The notes under the pieces were generated by a model, which did no database searches, was not told the origin of the DNA, and worked only from the letters and a program-made list of their open reading frames with translations. Both the position numbers and the translations under genes were made by a program. Positions 55,700 to 64,000 of a stretch of 64,000 nucleotides of DNA are shown here, piece after piece. This DNA is from Lama guanicoe. Lineage: Eukaryota. Each line of letters opens with the position of its first letter. Within the stretch, counting starts at the first letter, position 1. The stretch is from positions 1,232,274 through 1,296,273 of the forward strand of contig MU053645.1 in the NCBI GenBank assembly GCA_013239625.1, in the 5' to 3' direction.

Positions 55700-56080
55700 T
55701 ACAGAACATATGTATACACTTTCCACTTAGGATTTATATTAACCTTAAATTCAGCGATAAATAGAAATGTTTGCTTTCCTGCATTTTTATACCATTAATG
55801 TCACAAACCCAAGAATGCATTGTTATCATTATTACTCTATATGATTTTATGTCTTTTAAAGAAGCAGGAAAGCAAATATATATTTATATTGTTCATACTG
55901 TTAGCCTTATTTGCTATTTCTGGTTCTCTTCATTTTTTCCTGTGGATATGAGTTACCATTGGCTGCTGCCATTATTTCCTTATTCTGATATAACATTGCT
56001 TCCACCAACCCCATTTGTGCTGTTATTGTCAAATATTACATTTCTATATGTTATAAGCCCAGCACAAACATGCAATTGCT
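55700..56080 (-). mobile_element. Old L1M fragment (left half; resumes at ~62931)
   Basis: catttttcctgtggatatgagttaccattggctg...gctgttattgtcaaatattacatttctatatgttataagccc. Confidence 0.6.
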
Positions 56081-56115
56081 TTTTTTTATTTTCCAGCATT
56101 GCATTTATTGGATAG

Positions 56116-56402
56116 TCTCGGCAGCCTTAAGTGAGTATGCCATGGGGCCCAGGCCAAAGTTCACAATAGTTTGCACCTGGTAAGAGGTAAATGTACGCAT
56201 GCGCTAGTAGCATGAGTAAGCATTATGAACACTACGCACGTGCCACTAGCATTATAAAAAGGACAAGTGCATACATCTGAGCGCGGTGTACGCCACTTGT
56301 ACTGCAATAAAGTGCTGTTTTGCTCCATGTCAGCTTCTCGTGCCTTCTTCCATTTGGGCAGCTCACCTCCTCGAATCCCTCTTCATCCTCCCTCAGCTGA
56401 CG
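56116..56402 (+). repeat. 5' LTR (287 bp)
   Basis: Direct repeat of 62304-62594; ends TC...CG (decayed TG...CA); TATAAAAA 56253-56260; AATAAA 56306-56311. Confidence 0.97.
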
Positions 56403-56404
56403 CT

Positions 56405-56422
56405 TGGTGTAGCCGGCAGGAT
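56405..56422 (+). other. Primer-binding site, tRNA-Ser
   Basis: TGGTGTAGCCGGCAGGAT, 2 nt after the LTR; 16/18 match to TGGCGTAGTCGGCAGGAT, the complement of the tRNA-Ser(AGA) 3' end. Confidence 0.9.
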
Positions 56423-56431
56423 GAGGTGAGT
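56421..56431 (+). promoter_or_regulatory. Major splice donor with preceding ATG (ATGAG|GTGAGT)
   Basis: Consensus GAG|GTGAGT with GT at 56426-56427; ATG at 56421 has A at -3. Confidence 0.75.
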
Positions 56432-56470
56432 GCTCCTTCTGTTCCCCCTTCCTCTGACGGGGAAGCTTGG

Positions 56471-57795
56471 ATGGAAACAATGTGGCCCCCTACCTCTTTA
56501 TGGCACCCAGTAGCAGCCTATTTGCTGGCGTGGGCTCCACCTGAGGATTGGGACACAGTGGCACCCAGGCCAGATGACATCCTAAAGGCTCTGGAGTTGT
56601 TGGAAAACAACGTCCCACTGCCCCACTGAGAGGCAGCTGGGAGGGTAGCCTGGATGTTTTTATCGATTTTATGTCATGCTAGCCAAGACAATAGAGAATT
56701 ATAGATGCAAGTGGAGCAGTTACAGTGCAAGGAAGAAGAATGCGAGCAGAGACTCGGAAGGCAGAAAGATGCGTGCTTGGCTCCAGTTCCACCGCCTCTT
56801 CGCGAGTGGTAAGCCCGGCCCTTCCCGTTCCACTGTGTCTATGACCTGTGGTGCAGCAGTGGGTGGAACTGGAGGAATCAGTGGCCCAGAGGGGAGCTTC
56901 TGCGGGACCACAGTGAGCGACTCAACAAGCCATCTACATGTCTTATACGTCGATGGAATTGCGGGTCTTGGCAAAGCAGTGTAAGCAGCGTATGGGTGAG
57001 TCAGCCCCTGCATGGCTATTATGCCTTTGGGATGATGGGGCTGACCAGACTGAGCTATCTCTGAAGGAGATGGGCCAGCTGGCCAGTATAAAAACCGTAC
57101 CTTTGTTGCGGGAACGGCTGCAAAACATTCCCCAGTCTAATGCTAATGCTGGCAGCCATACATTGATAAACTGGTTAATGGCTGCTGCACGCACTATGTG
57201 CGACAGTGCCGGAGATTTCCCCGAACATGTGAGTAAATGGACCACGAATTTGGAATTAGCACAAGGTGTCTGAGAAATGGGCATGCGCCAAATGATGTTT
57301 GCTTTGCAATTCCACAGTTCAGATGATGAACTCCTTACAGCTCAGATGAAGGGTCTGATTTTGGCTAACGGCCCAGCAAGAACGTTTGGGACCATGGTGG
57401 CACTACTAGCACTGTATGTAGGCCACCCCATACATGAGGTAACTGACGCTCTGGCTTGTCTAGGGTATGTAGAGGTGCGCCGAAAGGGGATACGTGCCGC
57501 CAAGACTCAAGGTGAGTCCACGACCTCCTCCCGGCAGCGACTCAGAAAGGAAAGCTCACGCAAGGGAGAAGAAAGAGGAATGCCCTGATTTCGGGAGGGC
57601 CCCAGAAAGTAAATCGCTGACAGATATGGTGCGACTTACTGGCAGCCGGCTTGGACCGTATAAAATTAGACAGCCAACCATTGGAGGTCCTGATGGCTCT
57701 ATGGAAGAAATTACTGCCTGAGCAACAACATACTCTGTTGCTGACCTCCCAACAGGCCCGAGAAGGTGGCCCTTGCTGATTTCCTCCCGGACTAG
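56471..57795 (+). pseudogene. gag: gag, disrupted
   Basis: MWPPTSLWHPVAAYLLAWAPPEDW; SYTSMELRVLAKQCKQRMGESAPAWLLCLWDDGAD; QIWCDLLAAG; stops at 56627, 56702 and 57271 plus frameshifts; ends GAC TAG (57793-57795). Confidence 0.9.
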
Positions 57796-60700
57796 GGGGA
57801 AGGCCGAGGTGTCCGGGACGTGGGGAACCCAGGTGACCAGAGGCCGCATATTGAACTATCCACTGGACCCCTACAAATAAACAGTGGGTATTGGCATTAG
57901 TAGATACAGGAGCCGAAATTACATTATTGTATGGAAATCTGGATTGCTTTTGGGGACCACAGGTTGATATAGAGGGATACGGAAGCAAGCAAATGCAAGT
58001 TAAATGAGTGACTCTGACTTTGGGTGTTGGCTGCTTGCCCCCTGCTGCATATGAAGTACATATATCCCCAGTAGCTGAGTATATCCTGGGAATAGACATT
58101 TTGCAAGGATTGGAAATACAGATGACTCAAGGGGAATTTCACCTGAGACTTCACATGGTGAAAACCGTTATATGGGGGCACCCCCATCATGCACCTCTTG
58201 ATTCTGCCACAGGCCACTCAAGTGGTGAACATCAGGCAATTTCGGTTGCCCAGAGGCCACGATGAGATAGGACAGACTAGCCTGAAACTTGAGGACGCCA
58301 GTATAATTCAGGCAATGCATAGCCCATATAACTCTCTAGTGTGGCCAGTGCAGAAGCCAGACGGCTCCCAGAGGATGACAGTGGACTACTGACAGCTGAA
58401 CAAAGTCACCCCCCCATGCACACGGCTGTGCCAAATATAACAGACTTGATGTCCCGGTTGTCCCATGAACTGGGTACTTGTCACTATGTGGCCAATGCAG
58501 TCTTCTCAATAGACAGCCCCTGAGAGCCAGGAACTATTTACATTTACCTGGGAAGGTAGACAATGGACGTTGGCTATGTTGCCACAGCGATATCTGCACA
58601 GCCCCACACTGTGCCATGGCCTGGTGGCCCAGGACCTGGCTACATGGAGCAAACCAGATACCGTTCGTTTGTTTCATTATATAGATAACTTAATGCTACC
58701 CTCTGATTCTCTTTCAGATTTGGAAACCAGTGCCACAGCGCTGTGAGAAGCCCTGGAGAGCTGGGGGTGGGCCGTGAACAAGGACAAAGTGCAAGGACTT
58801 GGATATTTTGTCAAATTCTTGGGTGTTGTCTGGTCGGGTAAGACAAAAGTGCTGCCTGAAGTGGTAATAGACAAGATCCAGGCATATTCCCGCCCTGAAA
58901 CAGTTAAACAGTTACAGACTTACTTAGGTCTTCGGGGATACTGGCGGGTGTTTATTCCTCATTTGGCCCAAATAGCTAAACCCCTGTATAAATTGATTAA
59001 GAAGGGAGAAGTCTGGGATTGGACAGATGAGGCCAAACGTGCATTTGTAGAAAGTAAGAGGGCGGTGGCCCAAGCGCAAGCACTGTGCACTGTAGATCCA
59101 GACCTCCCTTTCTGGTTAACAGTCCATATGGATGATGATAGATATTGTTCAGGCTTACGGCAAAAACATGGGCAATGGAAGGTGCCCATAGGGTTCTGGT
59201 CTCAGTTGTGGAAAGGGGCTGAATATCGGTAATTTTTAATTGAGAAACAACTGTTAGCAACATACGCATCCTTGATAGCAACTGAACCCCTGATGGGGAG
59301 GCAAGAGGCCCACATACCCCACTGCAGGGTGGATACATATGTGGGCAAAGCAACCATGATCAGTAACTGCACAGACCCCAACTCTGACGAAGTGGGGTGC
59401 TTATTTGGAACAGAGGGCCCAATACACTGCTAGCCTCTTGGCTGCAGAGTTGCAGCAGGTGTTAGGGCCTGTGAGATTTGTTGCGCCTGTCATACAGACG
59501 CTCCCACATCAAGGGGTGGACCCCGCACCTAGTCCCTTTCGCAAAGCGGAAGGGACACCCTTGGGAACTGCTTGGTATACAGATGGATCTTGTAAGGGCA
59601 GTCCGCCCACTTGGGTTGCAGTAGAACTGCACCCTGCCACTAAAGCCTTCTGATATGAGACAGGAGAAGGCCAATCCAACCAATGGGCTGAGTTACGGGC
59701 AGTATGGCTGGTGTTGATGAATGAACCCAGCCCATTGCAGATTTGCAAGGATAGTTGGGCTGTATATCAAGGCCTCACATTGTGGACACCCCAATGGGCC
59801 CTGCAAGACTGGACGATTGGGCAACGACCCCTATGGGGACAGTGTATGTGGAAACAGTTGTGGGATAAAGGCCAAGAAGGTCACTATGCTATTTACCATG
59901 TACCAGGGCACCGCCCAGCCTTGGCACTGGGCAATGATGCTGCTGATGCACTAGCCCAACTTCGTCCTGCACGGGCCATGTTTCCAGGACCCAATGTAGG
60001 CCCCTGGCTCCATAAGGAACTTGACCATGTAGGCTCGTACACAATGAGGCATGTAGCTGACTGGTGGGGCCTGCACTTGAGTCAAATTGAAGCCAAGAAT
60101 GCTGTGCGGCAATACCCATAGTGTGCTAAGCACCATCTGCACTGGTGGCGATGGCCCCAACAGACGGGGAAGATTGTACGGGGGATCCAGCCATTGCAGA
60201 TATGGCAAATAGATTGCATAGGCCCATTTGCCCCTAGTACAGGCTTGCGGTACCTGCTGACAGCTGTAGACACGGCTACTGGCCTAGGTTTTGCTTACCA
60301 TGTGTCCCGAGCTACGCAGGACTCTACCATCACAGCATTGGAATTTTTATGAGACTTTTACTAGACTCCCTTAGAAATACAAAGTGATAGAAGGACCCCT
60401 TTTACTGCCCGACAGACCCAGGAATGGGCCAAGGAGAATGATTATTAAATGGACATTGCATGTGCCTTACCGCCTCCAAGCAGCAGGAATGATTGAGTGA
60501 TACAATGGCCTACTAAAAGATAAATTGAGGGCTCTCAAACCACAGGGATGAGGCTGGAACATTGCTCTGCCACAGGCGGTACGTCTTTTAAATGAGCAAC
60601 GTTGCTGTACAGGTATGAGCCCACTAGAGGAGTTATTGCAAGGGACCATTCAGAGACTCAGAGTTGGGCCCATGAAGGATGCCTCCGACATATCAGTAGT

Positions 60701-61143
60701 AGGGCATGCGTTAATATTACACGCCCCCAGGGTTTTGAACTTGGGACAACACGATATATGGGCATGGAAGGACCAGATCCAAACTGAAGGCCCCTGGCTA
60801 GCCCTTTTAGAACCATGGGGTGACGGGCTAAAGAAAGCCCTGCAGGTAACCCCACAAGCAGGGGAATGGCCTTTTGGTGTATGGGTCACCCTAGGAGAAA
60901 TGCGGGTGTCCCTACTTAAGGAGCAGAAGCCCTGCGACTCTGGGCAATTCCACTGATAGCCTCTGAAGCACTTCCAGAGTGTAACCAACCAAGTGTGGGC
61001 GGATTGGTGTGGTACCACTGCCCAGGGCGAACAGCCCTTCCTGGTGCTGTACTTTTGCAGGACGAAAGAGGCGCCTGCATTCTCCTGGGAGAGACTTGCC
61101 AATTATGGTGTCCACCTTTGCTTTATCCTTCTGCCCAGGGTAA
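57796..61143 (+). pseudogene. pol: pro-pol (PR, RT, RNase H, IN), disrupted
   Basis: PR LVDTGA (57897-57914); [38 protein letters not shown] for YIDD (58678-58689), VKFLG; RNase H WYTDGS/AELRAV/GNDAAD; IN WQID, QSD, GMIE; stops at 58005, 58390, 58744, 59230, 59651, 60119, 60362, 60498 plus several frameshifts. Confidence 0.95.
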
Positions 61144-62294
61144 CGACGAATACCGTATTCTCATGGGCACACACATTTGCACGAGTCCACAATGTCTCTC
61201 ATTGCTGGGTCTGTACTGAACTTCCCATAGACACAGGAGATGGACTACCATGGCACCTCCACCCCACATCCAAAACTAATTGGAGCACATTGACTCAATG
61301 GAACGCCAACAGGACAACAGGATCGCCCTGGGACTTGAGGCGTCGGACTATCGAAGATATGCTCCGTTGTGAGCAGGGCAATGCCCCTCCCCTAAGTGGA
61401 AGGACAGTACGGAATGGGTGGGGGTGGATGAATAGTGTCCATGTAAAATTAACAAGTCTAAGTCCCTTCTGTATCGAGCAGTGGTTTGAACGCGAGGCCC
61501 CAAACCGCACAGTGGGGTGGCTCCCCAAAGGGCTGTGTGCCAACATCACTCGCAATGTAAATGCCTCCACTTGGTGGGATGGACGGCGTTTGATTGGCAC
61601 AAAACCCACCGATTTCCTGCCGCCAGGGTATCTGTGGGTATGTGGCACCCACGGATGGTCATATCTCCCAGCTAAATGGACAGGGTGCTGTACTTGGGGT
61701 AAAGCTTACTTGCCGGGGCACATCCGGCCCACTTTAACAGAGTGCCCTGCTAACTGGGATCTGCTGCACACCCGGTGGCACCATAGAAAACATGCAGGTT
61801 GGTGGTTTTATCCCATGGCCCTGTTCCTGCCTGGGGCCGGGACCATCAGTGTAGAGTTGCAGCTAGAAGCTTTAGCTCAGCACGTATCAGCTGCATTGAA
61901 TGTTACAAGGAAAGCCATACAGGAATTATTAGATGAGACCACCCAAATGCGAAAGGTGGTTTTACAAAACAGGATAGCGTTAGACATTCCCACTACAAGC
62001 CCAGACGGCACAAGTGCTATGTTACATATTGAATGCTGTATCTATATACCAGATCACCAGAAGGGAGTCGCTGAGGCATTGCAAGAAATAGATCAAGAGC
62101 TAAATCACATAGACCATGTAACTCAAGACCCTGTTAAGGAATGGTGGTCATCCTTAAGCTCCTCCTGGAGATGGGGCCTAACTGTCCTGGCCATTGTAGC
62201 TGCCTGTTTAGTGTTAGGATGTTGTTCTCTGTATTGTTGTTGTGGTCTTTCGGCACAGTGTTGTGCTTTATGGTCCAGTGTCCCCACGACCTAG
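60993..62294 (+). CDS. env: Retroviral envelope glycoprotein (SU+TM), uninterrupted frame; true start probably supplied by splicing
   Basis: CWVC (61203-61214); seven N-X-S/T sequons; GYLWVCG...LPAKWTG; fusion peptide WWFYPMALFLPGAG; heptad repeat; ISD LQNRIALD; CC; TM helix WGLTVLAIVAACLVLG; Cys-rich tail; stop overlaps the PPT. Confidence 0.93.
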   Translation: MWADWCGTTAQGEQPFLVLYFCRTKEAPAFSWERLANYGVHLCFILLPRVTTNTVFSWAHTFARVHNVSHCWVCTELPIDTGDGLPWHLHPTSKTNWSTLTQWNANRTTGSPWDLRRRTIEDMLRCEQGNAPPLSGRTVRNGWGWMNSVHVKLTSLSPFCIEQWFEREAPNRTVGWLPKGLCANITRNVNASTWWDGRRLIGTKPTDFLPPGYLWVCGTHGWSYLPAKWTGCCTWGKAYLPGHIRPTLTECPANWDLLHTRWHHRKHAGWWFYPMALFLPGAGTISVELQLEALAQHVSAALNVTRKAIQELLDETTQMRKVVLQNRIALDIPTTSPDGTSAMLHIECCIYIPDHQKGVAEALQEIDQELNHIDHVTQDPVKEWWSSLSSSWRWGLTVLAIVAACLVLGCCSLYCCCGLSAQCCALWSSVPTT

Positions 62295-62303
62295 GGGGTG
62301 GAG
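62293..62303 (+). other. Polypurine tract
   Basis: AGGGGGTGGAG immediately before the TG of the 3' LTR. Confidence 0.85.
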
Positions 62304-62594
62304 TGTCGGCAGCCTTAAGTGAGTAGGCCGTGGGGCCCAGGCCGAAGTTCACAATAGTTCGCACCTGGTAATAGGTAAATGTATGCATGCGCCAGTAGCG
62401 TGAGTCGTCATTATGAACAATACACATGCGCCACTAGCATTATAAAAAGAACAAGTGTGTACACCTGAGTGTGGCACATACCACCCACTTGTACTGCAAT
62501 AAAGTGCTGTTTTGCTCCATGTCGGCTTCTCGTGCCTTCTTCCAGTTGGGCAGCTCACCTCCTCGATTCCCTCTTCAGCCTCCCTCAGCTGACA
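62304..62594 (+). repeat. 3' LTR (291 bp)
   Basis: TGTCGGCAG...CAGCTGACA; TATAAAAA at 62441; AATAAA 62498-62503. Confidence 0.97.
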
Positions 62595-62746
62595 GATTGA
62601 TAGACATTTCTGGAAAGGGTTAGTTAATTACACTGACCTCCCATTGCCTTTTCCAAAGGGAGTTGAATTTATTGGCCTAAGCATTTTATCTATCAAATGA
62701 CTAGCATTTTTTTCAAGTTTTGAATTTTTTCCCACATCATAGTGTT

Positions 62747-62930
62747 ATTTATTTATTTTTGTATATATATTTTTATTGAAGTGTAGTCAGTTTATAATGT
62801 GTCAATTTCTGGTGTACAGCATATGTTCATTTTCATATTTTTCACCATAAGTTACTACAAGATACTGAATACAGTTCCCTGTTATACAATATGAACTTGT
62901 TTATCTATTTTATATATGTTAGTATCTGTG
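62747..62930 (-). mobile_element. Short 5'-truncated L1 3' end with degenerate A-tail
   Basis: tttttattgaagtgtagtcagtttataatgtgtcaatttctggtgtacagc...gttactacaagatactgaatacagttccctg is the antisense of the L1 3' UTR also seen at 28948-29254. Confidence 0.85.
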
Positions 62931-64000
62931 AATTACTTTTTCAATCTGAAGAGAATAAAGGAAAAGAAATATTCCCTTATATTGTCTTTTATAATTGTAT
63001 AATTGCCTTTACTGGTGGTGGGGTTTTTTTTTTCATGTGGATTGAAATTACTTTGGGGGGATCACTGGCTTTCATACATAAGAACCTCATTTAGTATTTC
63101 TTATAAGATCGGTTTTTTGCAACAAATTCTATCATTTCATCTGAGAATGTTTGTATTTTGCCTTAATTTTTGAAATCTTTTGCTAGATGTGGATTCTTAA
63201 TTCATAGTGGGTTTTTTGTTTTTTTGGTTTTTTTTTGCTTTCAGCACTTTGAGTATGTCATTCCACTGCTTTCTGGCCTCCATTGTTTCCAAGAGAAATA
63301 ATCATTTTCTCTTGTTGGGGTTCCTTTGTATGTGATGAGTCACTTTTTTCTTCCTGCTTTTAAGATTTTTCTCTTTGTCTTTCCCTTTCAGCACCTTTAC
63401 TACGATGTGTCTGCATGTGGATCTCTCGATGTTTATCCTTGTTATAGTTCACTGGCCTTCTTGGTATGTAGATTCATGTTCATTCAAATGAGGGAGGTTT
63501 TCAGCCATTATTTCTGCAAATTTTTTTCCTACTCCTTTCTCTCCTCTCCTTTAGGTACCTCCATTACGTATAATTTAGTGTGTTTTTAATGGCATCCAAC
63601 ATTTCACCAAGGCCCTATTCATTTTTTTCATTATTTTTTCTCTCTTCTTCAGACTACATAATATCTATCGATCTTCAAGTTCATTGATTTTTTTTTTATT
63701 CCGCCAGTTGAAATCTACTACTGGGCTCCTGTAACACATATTCATTTTCAGTATTGTACTTCACAACTCCAGAATTTGCATTTGATTCTTTTTAAAAAAT
63801 AATTTCTACCTCTTGTTATTCTCTATTTTGATTGCATTTTCATCATAAATTATTTTACTTCTTTAAACACAGTTCACTTCAGTTATTTAAACATTTATAG
63901 TGAAGTCTTTGTCCATTAAACCTGACATTTTGGCCCCCTTACAGGCAGTTTCTGTTGCCTGGTTGTTTTGTTTCATTTTTCCTTTTCTTTATTGTAAATG
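62931..64000 (-). mobile_element. Old L1M fragment (right half)
   Basis: ttcagcactttgagtatgtcattccactgctttctggcctccattgtttc...ttcagactacataatatctatcgatct; antisense old L1 sequence. Confidence 0.8.

Larger units (their letters stand above)
56116..62594 (+). mobile_element. Full-length class III endogenous retrovirus, ERV-S/HERV-S-like (LTR-gag-pro-pol-env-LTR)
   Basis: Paired LTRs; 5-bp TSD GATAG (56111-56115) / GATTG (62595-62599); tRNA-Ser PBS; PPT; Gag, PR, RT, RNase H, IN and Env motifs in order. Confidence 0.97.

Noticed and set aside
57542..58099. 185-aa antisense ORF across gag-pro, and other antisense ERV ORFs
   Set aside because: No recognisable motif; antisense shadows of former coding sequence are common.
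60993..61058. N-terminal 22 residues of the listed env ORF (GTG start)
   Set aside because: It is an alternative frame of the integrase C-terminus and has no ATG; the upstream in-frame ATG at 60900 is cut off by TGA-TAG at 60954-60959.
56116..62594. Replication-competent retrovirus or a classical fusogenic syncytin
   Set aside because: gag and pol are multiply disrupted, RT reads YIDN, and Env lacks a canonical furin site and the first Cys of CX6CC.
1..64000. tRNA/rRNA genes, CRISPR arrays, or a nameable host gene
   Set aside because: None seen; the only tRNA-related sequence is the 18-nt retroviral PBS.

Overview
Mammalian genomic DNA, probably camelid: the young L1 3' UTRs resemble camelid L1s as I recall them, and no Alu, Bov-A/BovB or PRE-1 was seen. 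The first ~49 kb are AT-rich and repeat-dense (L1, L2, CR1, MIR, MaLR LTRs, hAT/Tigger elements), with no host coding exon I can recognise. A CpG island lies at ~49.9-52.3 kb. The main feature is a complete class III, tRNA-Ser-primed (ERV-S/HERV-S-like) provirus at 56116-62594, with two ~290-bp LTRs about 10% diverged, a 5-bp TSD, PBS and PPT. Its gag-pro-pol carries about 20 stops and frameshifts, but its env frame is open for 433 codons. The env has no usable ATG of its own. An ATG-AG|GTGAGT donor overlapping the PBS splices in frame onto either of two acceptors just upstream of SU. The furin site and CX6CC motif are degenerate, suggesting a possibly co-opted, non-fusogenic Env. The provirus sits inside what looks like an L1 3'-transduction. 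A second clear 3'-transduction and two inverted L1s are also present. Repeat family names are from memory of consensus sequences, not from a search.
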